Source of the DNA: Candidatus Poribacteria bacterium
Lineage (GTDB): Bacteria; Poribacteria; WGA-4E; WGA-3G
Reading direction: 5' to 3'
Length of the DNA: 64,000 nucleotides
Assembly: GCA_964291315.2 (NCBI GenBank)
Contig: OZ219753.1
Span: forward strand, 576,001 to 640,000
Shown here: positions 18,714 through 28,891 of the stretch, piece after piece
Layout: every line of letters starts with the position of its first letter
Numbering within the stretch: position 1 is the stretch's first letter
Program-made: the position numbers and the translations under genes
The notes under the pieces: generated by a model
What the model was told of the DNA's origin: nothing
Database searches by the model: none
What the model saw: the letters and a program-made list of their open reading frames with translations, nothing else

Positions 18714-20147
18714 ATGCCACAAGACTCTCAAGAACATTGGTATGACCTTACCTTGATGGATACCAAGATCGGTTACATGCACATATCTGCTGAGAAAACA
18801 CTGTATCAAGGTGAACAGATGATTCGGTACAAAAGCGATATCGTTATGAATCTTAAGGCACTTAGAACCGACCTAGTACTTGAAATTACCAATATCGAAT
18901 ACGTCGACGCTGATTTAATACTGCGCTACTTCCTTCATACCTCTAACCTGTCGGGTTTAAAGCAGGCGGAAGGCCGGATTTCAGATGGCACTGCCTATGT
19001 TAAGACAACATTTAACAGTGAAACCACTGAATCAGAAATCACTGTGCCGCCGGATACAATTTCTCAATCAACGGGCGTGGAGTCTTTGCTGTCTCAAGAG
19101 GGGCTTAAAATAGGTGATAAACGGGTGTTTCACGTGTTTAGTTTCGACTTAATGAAGCCCGTGAGGGTGGAAATTGAGGTTGTAGGACAAGATACCTTAA
19201 CCTATCAATCAATGGAAAGACAGGTTTACGTTTTGGCGGGTAGACTGGATGTCATGGGTGGTACGGCTCTGAAACAGTGGATATCTCCAGACGGTGTAAA
19301 TTACCGCACCGAAACGGTATTGATGGGAGTGTCTCAAGTAGCCACGAAAACGAACAAGGAAACTGCACCTGACGATATTGAAGAAGTTGACCTCATTCTA
19401 AAGACCCGAATCCTTCCCGCTGGGAAACGTCCGAATCCAAAAGCAGAGCATCTTGAGGCAGATGTGAGACTGACCACGGGCAACATCGCTGAAGCGGTTA
19501 GGTCGGGTCCTCAACAGAAATTGGTGTTAAGTGGTGCGCGGTCAGGTAGACTCTCTATCCAGGTACCAACGGTTGTTGCCGAAAGCTGTCCTGAACTCCC
19601 AATTCAGAATGCAGAAAGCGAATTTCTCGATGCAAGTGCTTATATCCAAGCTGCCCATCCCGACATCGATGTGAAAGCCAAGGAAATCTTGGTAGGCGAA
19701 GTTAATTCATGGCGCGCGGCGGAAAAATTGTGTCAATGGGTTTATAAATCCATTATAGATAAAAGCGTTAGGGCTGGATTCAGTTCGGCCTTAGATACAT
19801 TAGCTTCACTCACAGGGGATTGCACAGAACACACTGTGCTATTTATTGCTTTGGCACGCGCCGTCGGTATTCCGGCTCGAATCTGTTCCGGGCTTGTATT
19901 TTCAAAAGATGCTTTCTACTACCACTTCTGGCCCGAAGTCTACGTGGGCAGATGGGTCCAGATGGATCCGACATTAGGTCAGAGTATCGCGGACGCGAAT
20001 CATATTCAACTCTGCGGAGGGTTATTAGAGTCAGATACAATAATGGAATTTGCTGAAGGTGTTTACCGAACCCTCAATCGTCTTGAGATTGTTGTTATTG
20101 ACGGAGCTCTCTCCGCACCAAAGGGCGTTGGAAAAGCTTACCAATAG
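18714..20147 (+). CDS. Transglutaminase-like domain protein
   Basis: Triad motifs 'GDCTEH', 'YHFWPEV', 'WVQMDPT'. Confidence 0.88.
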   Translation: MPQDSQEHWYDLTLMDTKIGYMHISAEKTLYQGEQMIRYKSDIVMNLKALRTDLVLEITNIEYVDADLILRYFLHTSNLSGLKQAEGRISDGTAYVKTTFNSETTESEITVPPDTISQSTGVESLLSQEGLKIGDKRVFHVFSFDLMKPVRVEIEVVGQDTLTYQSMERQVYVLAGRLDVMGGTALKQWISPDGVNYRTETVLMGVSQVATKTNKETAPDDIEEVDLILKTRILPAGKRPNPKAEHLEADVRLTTGNIAEAVRSGPQQKLVLSGARSGRLSIQVPTVVAESCPELPIQNAESEFLDASAYIQAAHPDIDVKAKEILVGEVNSWRAAEKLCQWVYKSIIDKSVRAGFSSALDTLASLTGDCTEHTVLFIALARAVGIPARICSGLVFSKDAFYYHFWPEVYVGRWVQMDPTLGQSIADANHIQLCGGLLESDTIMEFAEGVYRTLNRLEIVVIDGALSAPKGVGKAYQ

Positions 20148-20210
20148 TGTTGTAATTCTACTAAAATACATTTCTCTTCTTCACCCTATAGTGCAAGGAT
20201 AAAACTAAAG

Positions 20211-22490
20211 TTGGCCTTTCTTAATCCGCTTTTTCTTTTCGGTCTTCTCGCTGCTGGCATTCCGTTAATTATACACCTTTGGAACCGGCGGCGTGTCCTG
20301 ACAATCGATTTTAGCAGTCTTATGTTCCTCACGGCGGCCCATCGTGAAAATGCCCGCCGGTTCCAGCTCCGACAACTCCTCATTTTACTTCTACGGATGG
20401 CAATCCTTACACTTATTGCCCTCGCTTTGGCACGCCCATTTTTGACACTTGGATTGCCGCTTGCTTCCATGCGTGCGAAAACCGATGTGGTCCTTGTTTT
20501 AGATAATTCTTACAGCATGGCGTATCAAGACGTAGACGGTGTGAGGTTTGAGAAAGCGAAAATTCTGACAACCGATATTCTTGATACATTGCGGTCCGGT
20601 GATAGGGCTGCATTTATATTAATGTCTGATAACCCGAAACCTGTTTTCCGGCAATTCACGCCGGACATTGAAAGCGTCAGGGCAGCGATCAACGAAGCTG
20701 CGATCTCTTATCGGACGACGAACGTTCAACCGAGCTTTGAGCTTGCTCACGAAATTCTTGCCGATTCTGAGCAATTGAACAAAGAGCTTTATCTCATTTC
20801 GGACTTTGCCCAGAATGGATGGAAAAACTGGAGTCGGATTCCGAATCGATCAGGTGCTCACATTTCTCTGATTCCTGTTGCCGAAAATGAGGCACATAAC
20901 GTAAGTATTGAAGAAATTCGTCCCTCTAATCAACTAATAGGTGTGAATTTGCTGCTTCAATTGAATGTACGTATCGCCAATCATTCGGCTGCACCTTTAG
21001 CAGAGAATATATTGGCTCTGTTTATTGGAGATGAGAAGCAAAAAACCGTGAACGTTTCATTCGATCACGCGGACAAAACATTAAATACTATTTTAACACT
21101 CAACTTTTCTACGCCCGGCACACATGTTGGTTATCTTACACTAACAGAAGATCGGCTTAATATTGACAACCGACGCTATTTCGCTTTCGATGTTATCGGT
21201 GAAGTGCGAGTACTCTGTGTAGGAGAGCAGACCGAACACTTAATGTTAGCACTAAACCCAAATAATTTGGGTAGCCCTCTGCCGGTCATTAGGAGCGGTG
21301 TTCCCGAGGATGTGCGTCAACATGAAAGAAAAGCGGGCGGTTTGATGATTATCTCCACGGAGTGTACACCTGCTGAGTTCGAGATGTTTCCATTGGAAGA
21401 CTACGATGTTGTTATCCTTGCAGACGTGCCGAAGATTTCCTCCCAGATCGGCACACAACTTCAAGAATTTATCCATCATGGCAAAAGTGTTATAATTTTT
21501 GCAAGTAGCCAGAGCGACATAACAAGTTACAATGAAGTCAGTAATACTTGGCTGCCCGCTGAATTGGGTGACACATTGACATGGACACCCCCACAGCAGA
21601 TTGGTACCTACCAAGTCTCGCATCCTATTTTTGATATTTTCCCGAGCGGCGGATTCTCTACGCAGTACGCCCCACAATTTTACAACGGCTTGACTTTGCG
21701 ACCAACTCCTGGATCGGAGGTGATTGCCCGCTTCAATAATGCCACCCCGTTTCTCGTTGAACGAATTCGCGGGACAAGTGCCGTGCTACTTTATAATTGC
21801 GGATTATTCACGCAACAGGGGGGGGTTGCTACCGAAAACGGGACATCTGCTGGTACCCCGAGATGGACAAATGATCTATTTGTTAATCCATATTTCCTCC
21901 CGATGCTCCAACAGAGCGTCCTTTACACCGCTGTGGCAAGCAGTAATTCAACATGGCTCGGACATGTTGGCGACACCTATACAGCGTATTATCCTCGCAG
22001 CGCAGGCGGGAAGGCCTCTATTCGTTTAATAGCTGACAACCGTCAGCCGAGGGCCGTCGGCCAAGAGCAATCTGCGGTGGCAGATCGTGCACAACCGCTA
22101 CAAACTCCGAAGCCCGAGGATCACTCCACAGTGGTACCTATCGATGAAGACGGTAAACTTCGATTTCAAGGCACAGAACGTCCGGGCATCTATGAAATTG
22201 AGGTGCAAACGCAAGGCAGAATTCAGCGAGATTTTTTTTCAGTTAACGTTGATGCCAACGAAGCCGATTTAGCGCAGATTCCACTCCAACAGGCAGCGTC
22301 ACGAGTTGGTGCCCAAACAAAAGCGACCGATAAAACCGAAGGGGCAGCGGCGACAGGGGCCCCTTACGAGGTCAGAAGACACGGTAGAGAAATCTGGGGT
22401 GAATTGCTTATCATAGCCGTTTGTCTTCTGATGCTCGAAGGTTTTCTTTCAAATCGAGAAGGGGTGCTGGCTGCAGGTGAAAAACAATGA
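20211..22490 (+). CDS. BatA N-terminal + vWA domain membrane protein
   Basis: 'FLNPLFLFGLLAAGIPLIIHLWNRRR', MIDAS 'VLDNSYSM', 'ISD', C-terminal TM 'REIWGELL'. Confidence 0.85.
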   Translation: MAFLNPLFLFGLLAAGIPLIIHLWNRRRVLTIDFSSLMFLTAAHRENARRFQLRQLLILLLRMAILTLIALALARPFLTLGLPLASMRAKTDVVLVLDNSYSMAYQDVDGVRFEKAKILTTDILDTLRSGDRAAFILMSDNPKPVFRQFTPDIESVRAAINEAAISYRTTNVQPSFELAHEILADSEQLNKELYLISDFAQNGWKNWSRIPNRSGAHISLIPVAENEAHNVSIEEIRPSNQLIGVNLLLQLNVRIANHSAAPLAENILALFIGDEKQKTVNVSFDHADKTLNTILTLNFSTPGTHVGYLTLTEDRLNIDNRRYFAFDVIGEVRVLCVGEQTEHLMLALNPNNLGSPLPVIRSGVPEDVRQHERKAGGLMIISTECTPAEFEMFPLEDYDVVILADVPKISSQIGTQLQEFIHHGKSVIIFASSQSDITSYNEVSNTWLPAELGDTLTWTPPQQIGTYQVSHPIFDIFPSGGFSTQYAPQFYNGLTLRPTPGSEVIARFNNATPFLVERIRGTSAVLLYNCGLFTQQGGVATENGTSAGTPRWTNDLFVNPYFLPMLQQSVLYTAVASSNSTWLGHVGDTYTAYYPRSAGGKASIRLIADNRQPRAVGQEQSAVADRAQPLQTPKPEDHSTVVPIDEDGKLRFQGTERPGIYEIEVQTQGRIQRDFFSVNVDANEADLAQIPLQQAASRVGAQTKATDKTEGAAATGAPYEVRRHGREIWGELLIIAVCLLMLEGFLSNREGVLAAGEKQ
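22033..22067 (+). repeat. Degenerate heptamer array inside CDS
   Basis: ctgacaa|ccgtcag|ccgaggg|ccgtcgg|ccaagag. Confidence 0.5.
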
Positions 22491-24481
22491 CAGGTTTTTG
22501 GTATGTTGCGCGATCGTTTCAGATGTTGCGCTTAATTGCGCTATTTAGTATAGGTGCGCAAGTTGAAATTCTACCGGCATCCGCTGATTTAAAAGTATTA
22601 GAAGTAAGGTCAGTCTTAGAGAAAAATATACAGAATTTAGCAGATGAAGCGAATATTGTACGTAGCCTCGTAATCAGTGGAAATGGTTCATTTTCGGATG
22701 AACAAATTCGTGCATTGATGCAGACGGATGTATCGAGTGTTTACGATGAAAGCGTTTTAAAGGCGGATTTTAAGGCGGTTACGCGTTTCTATCAAGAGAA
22801 CGGTTATCGGTTTGCGCGTATCGTTGAAGAACAGCTCTCCGTGAAGAAATTCGCAGATGGTATTTATCTCGGTGTTGAAATTGATGAAGGTAGCATCGGG
22901 CGGATTCTCGTAAGCGGTAATATACAGACAAAGGAAGAGATAATTTACCGCGAACTCCTGTTTGCAAAGGGTGATATCTATACTGAAGCGGACAGAGAAG
23001 AGAGCGAACAGATTCTCCGGCGTAAGACGTATATTGGTGCCGCAAAAGTTGAAGCACAGTGGGATGAACTATCAAAAACTGTTATCATTCATGTGAGCAT
23101 TACAGAACTTTTGTCTTTCCCGCTCGGGGCGGATCTGAATATGAACAGCCAGAAAAGGTACTGGATGCTACAATTTCGGGATCCAAACTTATTCGGGTCG
23201 GGTCAAAGTACTTTATGGCGTTACGAAAGGATTAGCGAAATCGGTGAAAGGGCGCGGAGTCTTGTGAGAGGTAAATATTCTAACCCCCGCCTCTTCAATT
23301 CACATTGGAATTTTGATGGTGAATATATCCAGAGGCAAAATGGTGACGCTTTATTTGTGTCGTTAGATCGCCCGCAATACACATTAAAAAGTCTATGGAG
23401 TGCAAGTGTGCGTTTCTCTGAATCGGTGAATCCTATATCTTGGTACGAGAATGGAAGTGAAACTGATAGCTTTGAGCAAAATCTACAAAGCTCTTCTGCA
23501 AATGTCCAGCGATATTTCGGGGACAGACACCAACAAACTTATATAGGACTATGGGCGACTTCACGACGTTTGAAATATGTGCTACTTAACAAATCAGTCG
23601 AATCTGGAGCAATGTTGGAGGAACGTGATGTAAAACGGATTGGCTTTACGGTCGGTAGAAAACACACAGCGTACCACAAGACTCGGTTCCTCCAGCGCAT
23701 GGGGCAAGAAGAGAATTTTCTTGTTGGTGCCCAATACGCACTCTCTCTCGGATATTCTTCGCCACTATATGCCTCTGACCGATCAGAATCTTATGCTGAA
23801 CTAGCTATCGGGTCGGGATGGATGAAAGACAATCGGTTTTTCGGTCTTACAACAGTAGCAATTAACACAAACTTGACAAGTCGCATCGAACGGTCTGTTC
23901 TGCAAGCACGGACCTCTTGGTTTTATACAGATGTATTTAATACCGGTGATATCTATACGCTTGAGTCCGGTTTTAGAAGGAACGGGCTCCTTGATTTTCA
24001 TCAGACGTTTGTTGCACAGCTAACAACAGAGATGCAGTTTGGCTGGAGTCGGCGGAGCCAGGTCCTTTTGGGTGCCTTTAACGGTCTGCGCGGTTATGAC
24101 TATAGACAATTCGATGGAGAGAAGATGATCCTGTTGAATCTTGAAAGTCGAACCGTATTTGGTGGAACAATTTTCCACAAAATGGACGAAGCACTCGCGG
24201 CGGTTGCGACATTCATGGCAAGCCCGTTCATCGATAGACCAGTCCATCTCGGAGTCATATTAAGCGGTGTCGTATTTGCCAATATTGGATATATTTGGAA
24301 CGGAAAGAACCCTTTCGATTTGACAGTACCAAAGCGGAGCGTGGGATTTGGGCTGCGGAGCAGTCTATCTCAATTCAGTGGCACTGGCATTATTCGGTTA
24401 GAATTCGCATTTCCTCTTGATCCTCCGTTCAGGCCATCGCTTAGACCACGGATTTTCTATGGTCAGGAACGCCCGTTTTAA
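22487..24481 (+). CDS. Omp85/BamA-superfamily outer membrane protein with ~2 POTRA domains
   Basis: POTRA 'ISGN..F' and 'SGNIQTKEEIIYREL'; barrel 'DPNLFGSGQ'; L6 'GLRGY'; terminal Phe. Confidence 0.8.
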   Translation: MTGFWYVARSFQMLRLIALFSIGAQVEILPASADLKVLEVRSVLEKNIQNLADEANIVRSLVISGNGSFSDEQIRALMQTDVSSVYDESVLKADFKAVTRFYQENGYRFARIVEEQLSVKKFADGIYLGVEIDEGSIGRILVSGNIQTKEEIIYRELLFAKGDIYTEADREESEQILRRKTYIGAAKVEAQWDELSKTVIIHVSITELLSFPLGADLNMNSQKRYWMLQFRDPNLFGSGQSTLWRYERISEIGERARSLVRGKYSNPRLFNSHWNFDGEYIQRQNGDALFVSLDRPQYTLKSLWSASVRFSESVNPISWYENGSETDSFEQNLQSSSANVQRYFGDRHQQTYIGLWATSRRLKYVLLNKSVESGAMLEERDVKRIGFTVGRKHTAYHKTRFLQRMGQEENFLVGAQYALSLGYSSPLYASDRSESYAELAIGSGWMKDNRFFGLTTVAINTNLTSRIERSVLQARTSWFYTDVFNTGDIYTLESGFRRNGLLDFHQTFVAQLTTEMQFGWSRRSQVLLGAFNGLRGYDYRQFDGEKMILLNLESRTVFGGTIFHKMDEALAAVATFMASPFIDRPVHLGVILSGVVFANIGYIWNGKNPFDLTVPKRSVGFGLRSSLSQFSGTGIIRLEFAFPLDPPFRPSLRPRIFYGQERPF

Positions 24482-26389
24482 ATGGATACTTCCTCCCGCA
24501 CATCAACCGAAAATATTACATGGCGAGCTATTCTGTTAGGGACGCTGGCGCTCCCGCTCAACATTTACCTCGTTGTTCAGACAGAGACAGTTTGGACAAC
24601 ACAGTACCCTACTACGATGGCTATTTTCTTCAACGCCATTTTTACGCTCTTCCTCATTGCAATTTCCAACCTGCTCTTAACACGTTATCTCCCGAAATGG
24701 CAGCTCACACAAGCAGAAATGCTGACAGTCTATCTCATGGTAACCTTGGCATGCGTCGTCTGTGGACACGACCTCTTGCAAGCAACGACGTGTGTTTTAG
24801 GGCATGCAGCGTGGTTCGCCACACCAGAGAATGAATGGCAGACGCTCTTCTTTCGTTACATTCCAGACTGGATTGCTGTAATGAATCGGCGCGCCTTAAC
24901 CGGCTACTACGAAGGCACCTCAAATCTATTTGAGATGGAGCATATTCAAGCATGGCTCACACCGGTGCTAGCTTGGCTCGTATTTTTCTCCGCGCTGGCG
25001 TTCTCTATGATGATGCTGAGCGTGATTCTTCGTAAACAGTGGATTGAACACGAAAAGCTAAGTTACCCGATCATCTTGCTTCCTTATGAAATGACGAAGC
25101 ACACTGATTTCTACCGAAATCGATTGATCTGGATAGGTTTTGCTATCGGCTGTGGGATCGATTTGATCAACGGCATTAGTTTTCTCTACCCTTATATACC
25201 GAGTATTCCGATTCGCCACGACATTGGAAACTTATTCACAGAGAAACCGTTGAGTGCTATCGGATCAACGCCTATCCACCTAAACCCTTATGCCATTGGG
25301 CTAGGTTTCTTAATGCCGTTAGATTTGTCGCTCTCTTGTTGGTTGTTTTACCTTTTTTGGAAAGCACAACTTGTCTTTGGTGCAATGACAGGTCTGAATC
25401 AGACACCGGGTTATCCACATATTGACATGCAGTCTACGGGGGCGTACTTCGGACTCTGTTTCTTCGCTCTTTGGATAACACATAAACACCTCTGGCAGGT
25501 TGTTTGCAATATCTTAGGGTTGAAAACGAGCCTCGACATGACCAATGAACCGATCGGATACCGGAGCGCGTGTGTCGGTTTTTTGATCGGTATTGCAGTG
25601 GTATTCGGATTTTGCCTGAAGGCCGGGATGTCATGGTGGGCGGTACTTGGGTTCTTCAGTATCCAATTCATACTTGTTTTAGCGTTCACCCGGATGCGTG
25701 CTGAACTTGGAACCCCTACGATGGATTTTTATCGTGCCGGTCCAGGGCTCTTTCTTACTTCGCTTGTTGGATCCAGGAAAATTGGGCCTGCAACGTTGAC
25801 AGGCTTTGCCTTTCTTTACGGTTTCACCCGCAACTACCGCTCACAACCGATGCCGAACCAATTGGAAGGTTTTAAACTTGCTGACAGAAGCAGCATTAGC
25901 TCACGCCAAATTCTTTGGGTGATGTGGGGCGCGACAGTAATTGGAATGGCTATCGGGTTTGTTGCCTTCCTTCAAGCCGGTTACCGACATGGAAACCTGG
26001 GAACATGGCGCGGACAGGAGGCTTTCAGCGATCTACAACGCTGGTTAACTCTTCCAAACGACACAGATTGGGGACGTCTCGGATTTTTTGGATTCGGTAC
26101 CACTCTAACACTCACGACGCTTTTTATGCGTTTGCGGTTTATCTGGTGGCAGCTGCATCCGCTTGCCTACCCGCTTGCAGGGAATTGGAACTTCGGTAGA
26201 CTCTGGTTTCCAATATTTCTGGCATGGGCGCTAAAATCCATACTGATTCGCCATGGCGGAATCGGTACGTATCGCCGAACACTACCCCTGTTTTTAGGAA
26301 CAATGCTCGGCGAATTTGTGATGGGAAGCATCTGGGCAATTTTAGGACTCTCTCTCGGACAACGGATGTATTCATTCAAACACTGGTGA
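24482..26389 (+). CDS. Polytopic membrane protein, DUF6785/DUF6784-like (OPT-like putative transporter)
   Basis: Many TM helices; 'LRKQWIEHEKLSYPI', 'RMRAELG', 'WWQLHPLAY', 'LRHGG'-like C-terminus. Confidence 0.72.
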   Translation: MDTSSRTSTENITWRAILLGTLALPLNIYLVVQTETVWTTQYPTTMAIFFNAIFTLFLIAISNLLLTRYLPKWQLTQAEMLTVYLMVTLACVVCGHDLLQATTCVLGHAAWFATPENEWQTLFFRYIPDWIAVMNRRALTGYYEGTSNLFEMEHIQAWLTPVLAWLVFFSALAFSMMMLSVILRKQWIEHEKLSYPIILLPYEMTKHTDFYRNRLIWIGFAIGCGIDLINGISFLYPYIPSIPIRHDIGNLFTEKPLSAIGSTPIHLNPYAIGLGFLMPLDLSLSCWLFYLFWKAQLVFGAMTGLNQTPGYPHIDMQSTGAYFGLCFFALWITHKHLWQVVCNILGLKTSLDMTNEPIGYRSACVGFLIGIAVVFGFCLKAGMSWWAVLGFFSIQFILVLAFTRMRAELGTPTMDFYRAGPGLFLTSLVGSRKIGPATLTGFAFLYGFTRNYRSQPMPNQLEGFKLADRSSISSRQILWVMWGATVIGMAIGFVAFLQAGYRHGNLGTWRGQEAFSDLQRWLTLPNDTDWGRLGFFGFGTTLTLTTLFMRLRFIWWQLHPLAYPLAGNWNFGRLWFPIFLAWALKSILIRHGGIGTYRRTLPLFLGTMLGEFVMGSIWAILGLSLGQRMYSFKHW

Positions 26390-26402
26390 TAATATCTACC
26401 TT

Positions 26403-26486
26403 TTAATCTTGAAATGCGTTTAATTCCTCGCACTTTGTAAGCAGAGATCTCCGCCCGAGGCCTGTAATTTCAGCTAGTTTTGGCAT
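26403..26486 (-). pseudogene. Possible remnant of addiction-module antidote HTH
   Basis: 'MPKLAEITGLGRRSL(L)TK' resembles the 'MxxLAxxTGLxRESLYK' motif; short and degenerate. Confidence 0.3.
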
Positions 26487-26817
26487 GTCCGTCAATCGCG
26501 ATGCCCAGAGTGAGTTCAACAGTTATATTGCCCCTCGACATGTTAAAACTACATTCATCTCGGAGCTGCTCCCTTGCCCACAACATGTACCTCATCCGTT
26601 AGGGCTGTCTAACAGTCAATAGTAAAAAAACAGCCCAGTACTGAGAGGGAAGTAGTTAACGTAACAGAGCGATTGATAAGACTCCTCAACGTTTTTCTCT
26701 CAGGTTTCTGCTAAAGGACAGGTTCCGTTGAGCCTTATTATTTGCTGTACCTATATGCTACCGAACAGGCAAACATAAGCTGAAAAAGCGCAACAGCTTT
26801 TCCCAACATCCGTTTTT

Positions 26818-27390
26818 TTACAGTTCTTCGTTCTGCCTGACCTGCTGTGTCCTAATCTCTTGAAGGATATCTACAACCGTTTCCATCTGGACCTCAAGTC
26901 TGGCGATGCGCTGCTCGACAGATGTTGATGATACTACCTCCTCTTCCTCGTCCGAGATGATCTCAACTGTTTCGACCGTATCAGCCTTAGATTTTTCTTG
27001 GGTTCGTTCCCCCCAGAAATCTTTGAAGAAGTCAGGCATCGATTGGCGCACAGTTTCACCGAAATCTTTGAGTTCATCACCGACTGTTTTCTTCATGTGC
27101 GCGAAGTCAAAATCGTCAGCACATCCGTCTCTAACGTATGCAGTAACTTGCTGACAGACGAAGCCAATATCACTAAGATCGGCATGTGTTTCTATAGGTT
27201 CAAACAAATCAGCAGGAATAGCACCGAGTTCAGTTAGGCGATTAAGTGCGTTGTTGAATTGCCGTGCACATCGTTCCTCACTGCCCTGTGGAGATTCCGT
27301 AATTGCTGCTCCTTCTATGATGCGAGCAGTCGTTTCTAACAGCCGTAGAATTCGGCGGATTTCCTTTTGGGTTTCATGTTCTTTAGACAT
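26818..27390 (-). CDS. Hypothetical helical protein with acidic linker and C-terminal coiled coil
   Basis: 190-aa ORF with SD AAGGAG; 'VEQRIARLEVQMETVVDILQEIR' heptads. Confidence 0.7.
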   Translation of the reverse strand: MSKEHETQKEIRRILRLLETTARIIEGAAITESPQGSEERCARQFNNALNRLTELGAIPADLFEPIETHADLSDIGFVCQQVTAYVRDGCADDFDFAHMKKTVGDELKDFGETVRQSMPDFFKDFWGERTQEKSKADTVETVEIISDEEEEVVSSTSVEQRIARLEVQMETVVDILQEIRTQQVRQNEEL

Positions 27391-27412
27391 AATTGTCTCC
27401 TTTTTATCTGCA

Positions 27413-27631
27413 TTTGCCTATATAGAGTCTCTTAAGGTTAAAAAGATAGTAAAAAATATAAGGATCTATGAATTACCGGTTGTTAGTTGTGCGCGTAGCA
27501 AGCAAAAGCGTTCACAACTACCATAAGACATTATTACTAATTGATAACTATAAAAAAGTGACTCAAATTGGCCGTTTGTCTATATAGAGTCACTTGAGGC
27601 TAACAAGGATAGCAGAAAATGCAAATAAGGA
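27413..27631 (-). repeat. Two ~55-bp imperfect direct repeats (27413-27464, 27575-27631) upstream of hypothetical gene
   Basis: tttgcctatatagagtctcttaaggttaa-aaagatag vs tttgtctatatagagtcacttgaggctaacaaggatag. Confidence 0.7.
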
Positions 27632-27655
27632 GAGCAGCTTTTCCATATTTGAACG

Positions 27656-28870
27656 TTAGGGGTTTTTGGGCTTCAGCTCAGCAACATTTCGGCGGATTTT
27701 GATGGCTGCTTTGATAATGTCCTCTATATCTTCCTCGTTAGCCATTAGGACGTTTTGACTCAAAGAGATACTTGTTTGACATATCTTCTCAGTCTCAGGG
27801 CAGTGGACACCGGTATAGTCGAGGTTTTGACCAAACAGGTTGGAAGCAAGCAAAGGGGCACGATACATCGGTGTCGTATACCAATATCCGAGAGGTATTC
27901 CCTCTGCGCGGATCGCTTTGAGAAATGTCTCGCGTGAGATATCTTCAAATTCTTCTGAATCAAAGAGTGCCTTATAGCCGTGGCACCCACCGCGAGTTGC
28001 TCGTGGATCCAGCGGCGTGACTTTTATGCCGGGGATCTCACCGAGCCATCCATCTAACCATCTCATGTTTTTATGTCGATAGTTCGTTTCAGCTTCAAGT
28101 CGAGTTAGCCGCGAAAGGAGGAGTCCGGCTTGCCATTCGGTCATGCGGAAATTGCCACCGAAGGGGGCTACTTCTCCAAATTCAGCGTCGGGTGGTGTTC
28201 GTCCACAATTATGAAGTGCCCATGTCTGTTCGTAGAGTTTCCGATCGTTAGCGAGAACGATGCCGCCTTCACCGGCACAGAGGTTTTTTGATGACTGAAA
28301 GCTGAAACATCCGAGGTGTCCCCAGCTGCCGACACCTCTTCCTCGCCACTCGGCACCATGCGCCTGCGCGCAATCTTCAACAATTTTAAGGTTGTGTTTC
28401 TCCGCTATGTCAACCAATGCGTCCAGATCTGCCGGATATCCGGCGATATGAACAGGCAAAATCACTTTCGTCTTTTCAGTTATAGCGGCTTCGACTTTCG
28501 AAATATCCAACAAGAAACTGTCTGGGGCGGTATCTACAAAAACTGGGACGGCGTAGGTCATAAGAATTGCGACAACTGTTGCTTGAAAAGTATAACCAGT
28601 AGTGATGACTTCATCTTCCGGACAAACGCCGGCGGATTTCAAAGCAATATAGAGTGCCGATGTCCCACTATTGACACAGACACCATACCTTGCACCTTGG
28701 AATTCAGCAAATTGTTGTGCAAATTCGGGAACGTTTGTACCACCAACGCCCCACTGCCCACTTTTGTAGGTACGTTCAAATGCTTTGATATCAGCAGGAT
28801 CCTGTGTCGGCCAGGGGGGATAAGGATCGGTACGCGTAGGTTCGCCACCGTTTATTGCTAATGTCGCCAT
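27656..28870 (-). CDS. DegT/DnrJ/EryC1/StrS PLP aminotransferase
   Basis: 'MATLAINGG', 'NSGT', 'IVEDCAQAHG', 'FSFQSSKNLCAGEGG'. Confidence 0.92.
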   Translation of the reverse strand: MATLAINGGEPTRTDPYPPWPTQDPADIKAFERTYKSGQWGVGGTNVPEFAQQFAEFQGARYGVCVNSGTSALYIALKSAGVCPEDEVITTGYTFQATVVAILMTYAVPVFVDTAPDSFLLDISKVEAAITEKTKVILPVHIAGYPADLDALVDIAEKHNLKIVEDCAQAHGAEWRGRGVGSWGHLGCFSFQSSKNLCAGEGGIVLANDRKLYEQTWALHNCGRTPPDAEFGEVAPFGGNFRMTEWQAGLLLSRLTRLEAETNYRHKNMRWLDGWLGEIPGIKVTPLDPRATRGGCHGYKALFDSEEFEDISRETFLKAIRAEGIPLGYWYTTPMYRAPLLASNLFGQNLDYTGVHCPETEKICQTSISLSQNVLMANEEDIEDIIKAAIKIRRNVAELKPKNP

Positions 28871-28891
28871 TTCGGCATCTCTGTCCAATTG

